A DNA stretch of 64,000 nucleotides from Saccharolobus solfataricus P2 (lineage in GTDB: Archaea; Thermoproteota; Thermoprotei_A; Sulfolobales; Sulfolobaceae), in NCBI RefSeq assembly GCF_000007005.1, contig NC_002754.1. One strand, written 5' to 3'. Within the stretch, counting starts at the first letter, position 1. Each line of letters opens with the position of its first letter. Shown here piece by piece: positions 41,466-49,311 of the stretch. The position numbers and the translations under genes are program-made. The notes below the pieces were generated by a model, which was not told the origin of the DNA, ran no database searches, and was given only the letters and a program-made list of their open reading frames with translations.

Positions 41466-42887
41466 TTACTTCTCGCTTTTTATAATTCCTCCTTGAGGTT
41501 GTTGTGGAGTTAGATGGATTTCGTTTATCTCCTCTAATCTTACTCCAACAGTCCTAGGAACGGTAAACCATAAGATCACTGCAGCTATAACTACCGGGAA
41601 TGCCTCAATAGCCCAGGCATTTATTGGTCCAGTGGCTACTACTAATGGGAAGAGCAATAATGGTCCTATAGCTCCTCCAAGATGTCCTAATCCATCAGTT
41701 ATAGCAAATCCAGTAGATCTAGCTGCTGTAGGGAAGGACTCACTACTTATTAAATATCCAGCTAAATATGACATACCACCCCCAATAGCGTTCGTAATGA
41801 GTCCTAAAGTCAATGCCATACCTAATAAGTTAAAGTGTACAGCAAAATACGATGCAACTATCATACCTACTAACCAACCTATGGAGCCTATTTGGGTAAT
41901 CAATCTCCTATCTGTTCTCTCTATAATAATTAATAGAAGAAATGCCATAAGAGTATCTCCCAATGCTGAAAATCCTGTAAGGAGAACAAACTGGTTAAGC
42001 ATAGTGCCAGAGTAACCTATGAACTTTCCGTAGTAATCCCATAACGTCGAAAATGTATACTGCACAAAGTATATGAAAAACCAGAACAATATGAGCCCTA
42101 TTAAACGTTTTGCAAATACTCTTTTGGCTAATATTGAAAATGGGTTTGTAGTTTGATACGAATAATTAATTATTTTAGGTTCTGGTAACGACTGAACTCT
42201 AGCTCTCTTCATGGCAGTCTCTTCCATTATTCTAACGATACTCTCAGCTTCGTTTATCCTGCCCTTTTTAACTAAGAATCTTACAGTCTCTGGAGCCCTA
42301 ATTCTAAATACTAATGCAGCAACAGCCATTATGGCTGCTATTCCAAAGGCTAATCTCCATCCTACAGAGGGTAAACCAGTAACAAGTAATGCGGCAATTG
42401 TTGCACCGACACCAACTGCTATCCATCCAGCTAAGTAAATCCAGTTCGCATATTTACCTCTCTTAGCACTTGGGGCAAATTCAGATACATAAACCATAGC
42501 TAAATTTAAGTCTCCGCCTATTCCAGCTCCTTCAATGAATCTGAATATTGCGAGCATGGGGAAGTTGATTGATAATGCCATTCCTAAACTGCCTATTGCA
42601 GTTAGTAAGACGGTGATTATTAGCACAGTCCTTCTGCCTATTCTATCAGCTAAATAACCTAATCCTAGTGAACCTGGAATATACCCAAAGAGACCTAGGG
42701 ATGCTATTAGCGAAGCTTGAGATGCGTTGATAAAAGGTATATATGGTAGTGCTGCCCCTATATTTCCCACAGCGTCATAGAGTGTTATGAAGTAGCTAAA
42801 TCCTATAGCCCATAGTAGCGCATATGATAATCCCCATGTTGGTAGTCTATCTATTCTAGCCAGATACTCATCTAACTTACTACTCAT
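41466..42887 (-). CDS. MFS transporter (sugar/aromatic-acid type), paralog A
   Basis: ADRIGRR, EFAP..KRG and ESFPTAARSTG. The start is placed at MSSKLDEY (ATG 42887), shared with paralog B. Confidence 0.92.
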   Translation of the reverse strand: MSSKLDEYLARIDRLPTWGLSYALLWAIGFSYFITLYDAVGNIGAALPYIPFINASQASLIASLGLFGYIPGSLGLGYLADRIGRRTVLIITVLLTAIGSLGMALSINFPMLAIFRFIEGAGIGGDLNLAMVYVSEFAPSAKRGKYANWIYLAGWIAVGVGATIAALLVTGLPSVGWRLAFGIAAIMAVAALVFRIRAPETVRFLVKKGRINEAESIVRIMEETAMKRARVQSLPEPKIINYSYQTTNPFSILAKRVFAKRLIGLILFWFFIYFVQYTFSTLWDYYGKFIGYSGTMLNQFVLLTGFSALGDTLMAFLLLIIIERTDRRLITQIGSIGWLVGMIVASYFAVHFNLLGMALTLGLITNAIGGGMSYLAGYLISSESFPTAARSTGFAITDGLGHLGGAIGPLLLFPLVVATGPINAWAIEAFPVVIAAVILWFTVPRTVGVRLEEINEIHLTPQQPQGGIIKSEK

Positions 42888-43150
42888 GAAGTTTCTTAGG
42901 TCAGTTAATTCATAAAAATATCTTATGAAAGTCAATTTTTTAGATTTAAATTTCGGCTATATAATAAGAGATTTTTCGAATCTATCTTATATCATGCTAC
43001 ATTATTTATATATCCATAAAATCGATCTATCTTATATTCATAAAAAAGAGGTAGACGCTACATTGACTGAGATTTGCTGGTTTTTATGAACAATGGCTCT
43101 TTATACATTTAAAAAGTATTATTGTAATGTCAATTTCCTTTAGAGTAAGG

Positions 43151-43194
43151 TTTATATAAGATGAAAATAAATTATAAATTGACTCAGTAATCAA
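43151..43194 (+). promoter_or_regulatory. TATA box and candidate FadR operator
   Basis: TTTATATA at 43151-43158. The semi-palindrome TTGACTCAGTAATCAA at 43179-43194 overlaps the expected transcription start. Confidence 0.65.
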
Positions 43195-43208
43195 AAAAGG
43201 TGGTCCAA

Positions 43209-43796
43209 ATGTATAGGTACCCAAAAACTGAAAAGGGGAAGGAGTCATTAAATAAAATCATAAATGCATCGCTAGACTTAATTTCAGAAAAGGGCTTTTT
43301 GAATACTAGTATAAGTGATATAACCAATAAGGCTGGTGTTGCTTACGGTTTGTTCTATTTCTATTTCAAGAGTAAACATGACATATTAGATGAGTTAATT
43401 AGAAAATTTAACACCGATATGAGGTATTATTTAAAGGTAAATACGATGGGGATTCGAAATAGAATAGAAATGGAAAAGGAAGGTTTAGCCAAATTTTTGG
43501 AATGGATGAGCCAGAATAAGAAATACTATAAGGTATTCGTAGAAGCTCAAGTGCATAGGCCAGAAATGTATATATGGCATTTCACTAAATTGGCAGAGAG
43601 ATATAAGATTGGACTAAAAGAGGCTATGGATAGGGGAGAAATAGTAAAAGTAGATCCAGAATTACTAGCTTACGTATTAATAGGAATTGGTGAAATGATA
43701 GGTAGAAGATATATCCTATGGACGAATCAAGGGTTAACCAAAAAACAATATAATGACTTGGCCATTCTTATAGAAAATATGCTGAGACCTAAGTAG
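43209..43796 (+). CDS. fadR: TetR-family regulator, FadR-type
   Basis: TetR HTH (ISDITNKAGVAYGLFYFYFKSK), resembling S. acidocaldarius FadR as I recall it and central to the fatty-acid cluster. ATG 43209 follows the SD AGGTGG. Confidence 0.82.
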   Translation: MYRYPKTEKGKESLNKIINASLDLISEKGFLNTSISDITNKAGVAYGLFYFYFKSKHDILDELIRKFNTDMRYYLKVNTMGIRNRIEMEKEGLAKFLEWMSQNKKYYKVFVEAQVHRPEMYIWHFTKLAERYKIGLKEAMDRGEIVKVDPELLAYVLIGIGEMIGRRYILWTNQGLTKKQYNDLAILIENMLRPK

Positions 43797-43797
43797 T

Positions 43798-44241
43798 CTA
43801 AACAAGGAATTTCGTATTTATTTTATTTGAGACGTTAGCCATAACCACTGAAGCAGTAGTATATCTTGCCAGATCGAAGAGACTACCTTTCTTAAGCTTT
43901 ATTGTACCAGATAATAAGGCTGAGACTACTTGCAGTTTACCGCTTATTATATCTTTCCAAGAATTATAACTTGCCTCAAGTACATATGGTGCATCGGCCT
44001 TGGTAACATCTGTGAAAAATTCAATACCTTGACATTTTCCATTATTTAGATATAGCTTCATTGCTAAGGTGTTAGTACCTTTTACTCCTAAATGCTCTAA
44101 CACTTGGGTAGGAATGTCGGTTACCACGAATAAAATTGGCGATACCCATCCTTTCCCTGCATCATTATATTCCTTGCTTTCATTTAGTAATTTACACCAT
44201 TCTTCTGCCCATTCCCTGCTAGGATATAAAAATTCAGCCAT
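43798..44241 (-). CDS. SCP2 sterol/lipid-carrier-like protein
   Basis: YPS.EW...W...LN.S..Y...GKGW and W..I..GKL....AL.SG.IKL. Confidence 0.85.
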   Translation of the reverse strand: MAEFLYPSREWAEEWCKLLNESKEYNDAGKGWVSPILFVVTDIPTQVLEHLGVKGTNTLAMKLYLNNGKCQGIEFFTDVTKADAPYVLEASYNSWKDIISGKLQVVSALLSGTIKLKKGSLFDLARYTTASVVMANVSNKINTKFLV

Positions 44242-44383
44242 AATAAGAGTTAATCTGAACTTCTTAATAAGTATTATTAGAAGGAGAAATTTGATGCTTA
44301 GTCGGTTTATTGAATATTTTGAAATTAAACCATTATTGTTTTATTTCTGTTATTATTAAGGTGTAGAATCTAGGTTTGTAATG

Positions 44384-44547
44384 GGGAGACTCAGGTTTCC
44401 TTTGTGAATTGCAATTTGTAAATAATGCGGTCGTAAAAATGTTAGTATTGGTAATCGTGTTTCTCTGCTAACTAGTCGCTTTCATTTAGTTAATTTCATA
44501 GTAATCTTTAAAATAAAGTGAATTTGCAATGGATATCCGAATCGCCC
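44384..44547. mobile_element. degenerate MITE, 164 bp, SM4-like size class
   Basis: Inverted ends GGGAGACTCAGGTTTCCTTTGTGAATT and AATTTGCAATGGATATCCGAATCGCCC. The internal block 44406-44426 matches 5700-5720 at 19/21 and the same offset. The target duplication is degenerate. Confidence 0.78.
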
Positions 44548-44631
44548 TCTTAATTCTTTGTAAAATTCAACTACCTTACAAAACAGAAATTTGAACAAGG
44601 TTTTTTAATAGGTAGTAAATTATGATTAACG

Positions 44632-45774
44632 ATGATTGTAGGATTTGCCGGAAAACTATATAAAAACTATGAGAAAGATGGTATAGAGTTATTGAAAGAG
44701 GTCACTGATGAGGCACTAGATATTGCTGGATTGAATTACGCTGACGTCGATGGGATAATGGCTAACATCGGAAGAGGCTCATTTCACGGTAATAGGACAT
44801 ATCTTAATCCTCCTGCCCAAATAAGTGAATATTTTGGAATAAAGCCGAAAATTATAGAACATGTCCAATACGGAGGACCTTCAGTATTGTCAATGATATA
44901 TAGGGCTTACAAGGCAATCAAGGCGGGGGATGCGGAGACAATACTTTGCATACAAGGAGGGAAAATATCTCATTTAAGAGACAATCATTTCCAAAAAACA
45001 GATATAATTGATAGTCCCTTTGATGAGTACATTAAGATTTATGACCAGATGTCTCCAATATCTGATTACGCAATGGTTGCTTATAGACATTCTAAACTCT
45101 TCGGTACAACTGACGAACAAAGGGCACGTATTGCAGTGATCCAGAGATATAATGCAAGTTATAATCCTAAAGCTCTGTTCAGAAATCCTATTACAGTCGA
45201 AGATGTTTTGAAATCTAGGATAGTTTCTTATCCTTTACATCTTCTTGAAATAGTTTACCCTATAGACGGTTTTCACGTTTTTGTGGTAAGTAAAAGGAGT
45301 AGTAAGTCAGCCCTTAGAAATATTGACATTTTAGCGTATGGAGAGGCCCATTGGCCAAATCCACCAGCTGAATGGGATGATATAATTTATACTCCAACAA
45401 CTGAAAGCGCAAAAAGGGCTTCATTTGACCTAAACCGGGTAGATGCCTTTCAACTCTACGACTCATTCACCATAACTGTGATGCTACAAATGGAGGACAT
45501 AGGGTTAGTTGAGAAAGGTAAGGTTGGACAGTTCGTAGAATCTCATGATTTATCATTTAAGGGCGATGTTCCAATTAATACTGGGGGAGGTAGTTTAAAT
45601 ACTGGTCAGCCCGCATACATGAGTGGTGGTGTTATTTTAGAGGAGGCATTACTTCAATTAAACGATATGGCTAATGGTCATCAAGTTAAAGGTGCAAATG
45701 TTATATTTTTAAATGGAATTGGGTGGTGGAGTAGAAGGCACAGTGTAACTTTAGTATTGGGTGAGCGAAAATGA
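44632..45774 (+). CDS. thiolase-fold protein lacking the catalytic Cys/His (Ltp2-like aldolase candidate)
   Basis: QYGGPS in place of xCAS, NTGGGSLNTGQPAY in place of GHP, and LYDSFT. Confidence 0.85.
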   Translation: MIVGFAGKLYKNYEKDGIELLKEVTDEALDIAGLNYADVDGIMANIGRGSFHGNRTYLNPPAQISEYFGIKPKIIEHVQYGGPSVLSMIYRAYKAIKAGDAETILCIQGGKISHLRDNHFQKTDIIDSPFDEYIKIYDQMSPISDYAMVAYRHSKLFGTTDEQRARIAVIQRYNASYNPKALFRNPITVEDVLKSRIVSYPLHLLEIVYPIDGFHVFVVSKRSSKSALRNIDILAYGEAHWPNPPAEWDDIIYTPTTESAKRASFDLNRVDAFQLYDSFTITVMLQMEDIGLVEKGKVGQFVESHDLSFKGDVPINTGGGSLNTGQPAYMSGGVILEEALLQLNDMANGHQVKGANVIFLNGIGWWSRRHSVTLVLGERK

Positions 45775-46145
45775 GGGAAGAAGAAATAAGAGAATTATAT
45801 TTTAAGTATTTCGATGAGAATAAGTTACCGTTTATTCAGTGCAATAAATGTGGCCATAAGTTTTACTATCCAAGAGTACTTTGTCCTAAATGTGGTTCTT
45901 CAGATATTGAAGTTAGGTTTAGTAAAGGTTTAGGTAAAATATTTGCAATGACTAAAGTTTATAGAAAGGATGGTAGTTACGTTATTTATGGGATAGTTGA
46001 GCTTGAGGAAGGGTTTAGAATGTATTCCAATATAATTGAGGAAAGTCAAGCTGATATTAATAGGAAAGTTGAAGTAATATTTAAGGAGATTAACGGCAAG
46101 AAATATCCCCTGTTTAAGACTGTAACACATTTGCATAACTTTTAA
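45771..46145 (+). CDS. DUF35 Zn-ribbon/OB-fold protein
   Basis: CNKCG...YPR..CPKCGS and VELEEGFRMYSNI; overlaps the upstream thiolase-fold gene by 4 bp. Confidence 0.9.
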   Translation: MREEEIRELYFKYFDENKLPFIQCNKCGHKFYYPRVLCPKCGSSDIEVRFSKGLGKIFAMTKVYRKDGSYVIYGIVELEEGFRMYSNIIEESQADINRKVEVIFKEINGKKYPLFKTVTHLHNF

Positions 46146-46416
46146 ATACTTTTAATCATTTCACAATATGATCTTTATTATGATTATGTTTATATATTAT
46201 TTCCTCTACATTATAAATTGATGAACTCCATACTGATGACGGGCTATGCTCACGAGGTATTGGGGGCGACAAATACGGATGGGAGGGTAGTGGTGTTTCC
46301 CTCGACTAGCCCCAATGAGTTGAGGGTGAGTGTGTATGAGCCCTCAAGAGGGGTGCCCGTGGCGGAATTAGAAGTGGTTAAAAGTAAGCAGAAGTTACGC
46401 CACGGGTAAACACTCT
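46117..46416 (+). mobile_element. ~300-bp non-autonomous element, copy 2
   Basis: Same architecture as 19118-19418. The inverted match between 46133-46162 and 46371-46400 is 23/30. TATA at 46189-46196. TTTAA at 46113-46117 lies at the left junction. Confidence 0.75.
46220..46416 (+). ncRNA. structured multi-K-turn RNA, copy 2 (omegaRNA-like candidate)
   Basis: Covarying stems ATACT/GGTAT and TTGAGGG/CCCTCAA, an 11-bp 3' stem TGCCCGTGGCG/CGCCACGGGTA, and GGTGTTT 46292-46298 pairing with AAACACT 46408-46414. Confidence 0.75.
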
Positions 46417-46487
46417 CTAAACCTGAGTTTCATTTTTTATCCATAGAGGTAAAAAAGCTTAAATATAGAAAAGATTACATCTTACAT

Positions 46488-48146
46488 GTGGAGATAATAA
46501 AAGGTTTTCCTTCAACTATGATGGATGACTATCAACTAAACGTCACACAAATATTAGAACATGCAGGGAAATGGATTGGGGAGCAAGAAATAATCTCTAG
46601 GAAAAAGGATGGTACAATCTTTAGATACAATTATGGGGAAGCGTTTAGAAGAGTTAAGAAACTCGCAAGTTCTCTTAAATCTTTAGGTGTTAAAGTAGGT
46701 GATAGAGTAGGAGTACTAGAATGGAACACGCATAGGTTTTACGAATTATACTTCGCAATCCCTGCTACTGGTGCTGTAATGTTAGAGTTGAATCCTAGAC
46801 TTCACCCACTTCAATTGGCAAAGATAATTAACCACTCTAAAGTATCATTTCTTTTCTTAAATGAGGACTTCATTCCTCTAGTTGAGAGTATATCAAACAA
46901 TATACCATTAGTTAAGAAATTCATATTGATTTCCGATATCGAGAAAACACCCCAAACTAATTATTATAATTATGAGAGTCTAGTGGAGGAGGGCAATGAG
47001 GAATATGAGATACCAATGTTTGATGAGAGGACATCGTGCTACGCAGCATATACTACTGGTACAACTGGAGACCCTAAAGGCATATACTATTCACACAGGT
47101 CAATTGTATTAAATACATTGGTAATTTCACGTAATATTACAATAGATGATACTTTTATGCAGTTAGTACCCATGTTCCACGTAAATGGTTGGTTAGGATT
47201 TATGGCTGCTACGTTAGTGGGGGCGAAGTTAGTGTTACCGGGTAGATATACTGTTGATAATCCGAAACCTTTAGTTGACTTAATGATTAATGAGAAGGTT
47301 ACCGTTACGGCTGGTGTTCCAGAGGTGTTTAGCTCTATCTTAAACTATTTAAGGAGTATGGAAAACAAACCACTATTTGTGAATTCTAGAATACTTATAG
47401 GAGGAAGTGAGCCTCCTCTGAGTCTGGTAATAGGTCTAATGGAGTTTGGATTTCAAGTTGGACAAGGATATGGCGCTACAGAAACCACTCCATCAGTTGC
47501 GGGTAGTGTTGTTAAACCCAGGATAAGAGAAAAATATTCTGACAAGGACATGTTGGATTTGCTGAGAAAACAAGGTATACCAACTTTTGGAGTTGACATA
47601 AGGGTTATTGATCCCTCAACCGGTAAAGACGTACCCCATGATGGTAAAACTATAGGAGAGTTATGGATCAGAGGACCATGGATTGCTTCCGCATACTATA
47701 ATGATCCCAGAACTGTGGAATCTTTTGTTGGTGATGGTGTAGATAGGTGGTGGAGAAGTGGTGATCTAGCTGTAGTAGATGAACTAGGTTATATTAAAAT
47801 AGTAGATAGAATAAAGGATGTTATAAAAAGCGGAGGAGAATGGATAAGTACAGTAGATTTAGAGAATCATTTAATGGCCCATCCCGCTGTGGCAGAGGCT
47901 ACAGTTATAGGCGTTCCTCATCCCAAGTGGGGGGAGAGACCATTAGCTTTTGTTGTGTTAAGGCAAGGATTTGAAAATAAGGTTAGCAAGGAGGAACTAT
48001 TGGGGCATTTAGGTCAGAGGTTTGCTAGATGGCAATTACCTGACGATATAATATTCGTTAAGGAGATTCCTAAGACTAGTGTAGGGAAATTCGATAAGAA
48101 GGTTTTAAGGGAAAAATATAGAGATTTCTTTATTAGCAGTAGATAA
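46488..48146 (+). CDS. medium/long-chain fatty-acid-CoA ligase (AlkK-like)
   Basis: Motifs YTTGTTGDPKG, YGATET, SGD and DRIKDVIKSGGEWI. Confidence 0.93.
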   Translation: MEIIKGFPSTMMDDYQLNVTQILEHAGKWIGEQEIISRKKDGTIFRYNYGEAFRRVKKLASSLKSLGVKVGDRVGVLEWNTHRFYELYFAIPATGAVMLELNPRLHPLQLAKIINHSKVSFLFLNEDFIPLVESISNNIPLVKKFILISDIEKTPQTNYYNYESLVEEGNEEYEIPMFDERTSCYAAYTTGTTGDPKGIYYSHRSIVLNTLVISRNITIDDTFMQLVPMFHVNGWLGFMAATLVGAKLVLPGRYTVDNPKPLVDLMINEKVTVTAGVPEVFSSILNYLRSMENKPLFVNSRILIGGSEPPLSLVIGLMEFGFQVGQGYGATETTPSVAGSVVKPRIREKYSDKDMLDLLRKQGIPTFGVDIRVIDPSTGKDVPHDGKTIGELWIRGPWIASAYYNDPRTVESFVGDGVDRWWRSGDLAVVDELGYIKIVDRIKDVIKSGGEWISTVDLENHLMAHPAVAEATVIGVPHPKWGERPLAFVVLRQGFENKVSKEELLGHLGQRFARWQLPDDIIFVKEIPKTSVGKFDKKVLREKYRDFFISSR

Positions 48147-48181
48147 GAAAATATTTAAAGTAATAAGGAGGTATTAAAAGT

Positions 48182-49294
48182 ATGAGTAAAAATGAGGATG
48201 AATTAGAAGAGTACAGAATAAAGGTGAGGGAGTGGATAAGGAATAATGTACCGGAGGAGATAAGGGCTAAAGGAGACATGGCCCCTCCAGATGTCTTAAG
48301 AGAGTGGCAGAGAAGAATATATGAGGCTGGATATTTGGGGGTATCTTGGCCAAAGGAATATGGGGGGTGGGGAGAGAATCCAATTAAGGAGATAATAGTT
48401 AGGGAAGAGTTCGCTAAAGCGGGAGTGCCTTATGCCACAGTTGGTTTAGGGGTATCGGTAGTCGGTCCTGCAATTATTCTTAACGGTACTGAAGAGCAGA
48501 AGAAGAAACATATAAGGAGAATATTAACAGCTGAGGACGTGTGGTGTCAAGGTTTCTCAGAACCACAAGCTGGATCAGATTTAGCGGGAATAAAGACAAA
48601 GGCCGAAGATAAGGGGGAGTACTTTCTAGTTAATGGACAGAAAATATGGAGCAGTTATGCACATTTGGCAAACTATTGCCTTCTCCTGACTAGAACCGGC
48701 GATGTATCGGAGAGACATAAGGGGCTTACCATGCTTATAGTTGATATGAAAAGCGAGGGAATAAGGGTAAGTCCAATCAAGCAAATTACTGGGAGATCAG
48801 AATTTAACACAGTGTATTTTAATAACGTAAAGGTTCCCAAGGAGAATGTGGTGGGTAAGATCGGTGAAGGTTGGAAAGTAGCGATGTCCACATTAAATTA
48901 TGAGAGGCTTAACATAGGAACAATATTGTTTACAGTAGAGAGGCTCATTAGGGAATTATCTATCAATAACGATCAACTATTCAATACTGCAGAGGAAATT
49001 GTAGCGTTAAAGTCATTTTATAAGAGGATATTGGAAAGACTCAAGAAGGGGTATATTGCGGGTCCAGAAGCTGCAGTAATAAAGTTGGTAGCTTCAGAAG
49101 CCATACAGAGAGTTTACGAAAACGCAATGGCTAATATGGGGATAGAAGGACTAGTTATGGAGCGAGAACCTGGATTTAGGCCAGAAATAGCATATGGTTT
49201 CTTAGCCTCTAGGTCCATAACAATAGCTGGCGGTACTTCAGAGATATTAAGGAATTTATTGGGAGAGGTTGTTCTAGGATTGCCAAAAGGCTAA
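48182..49294 (+). CDS. acyl-CoA dehydrogenase (alpha-type)
   Basis: Motifs WPKEYGG, WCQGFSEPQAGSDLA, NYER and TIAGGTSEI. Confidence 0.93.
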   Translation: MSKNEDELEEYRIKVREWIRNNVPEEIRAKGDMAPPDVLREWQRRIYEAGYLGVSWPKEYGGWGENPIKEIIVREEFAKAGVPYATVGLGVSVVGPAIILNGTEEQKKKHIRRILTAEDVWCQGFSEPQAGSDLAGIKTKAEDKGEYFLVNGQKIWSSYAHLANYCLLLTRTGDVSERHKGLTMLIVDMKSEGIRVSPIKQITGRSEFNTVYFNNVKVPKENVVGKIGEGWKVAMSTLNYERLNIGTILFTVERLIRELSINNDQLFNTAEEIVALKSFYKRILERLKKGYIAGPEAAVIKLVASEAIQRVYENAMANMGIEGLVMEREPGFRPEIAYGFLASRSITIAGGTSEILRNLLGEVVLGLPKG

Positions 49295-49311
49295 ATAAAA
49301 GGGAAAAAACT

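Noticed and set aside
44386-44400. 12/15 match between the copy-2 3' flank (CTAAACCTGAGTTTC) and the minus strand here, as a guide target
   Set aside because: The mismatches include the first two positions, the match is to one decayed MITE end rather than the consensus, and a 10-nt exact core is expected by chance in 64 kb.
46218-46409. 63-aa ORF spanning RNA copy 2
   Set aside because: The equivalent frame in copy 1 is broken by a 1-nt insertion near 19360 and lacks the start. Substitutions track base pairing rather than codons.
19118-46416. CRISPR array or leader as an explanation for the repeated sequence
   Set aside because: Only two dispersed copies, no regular repeat-spacer periodicity and no cas genes.
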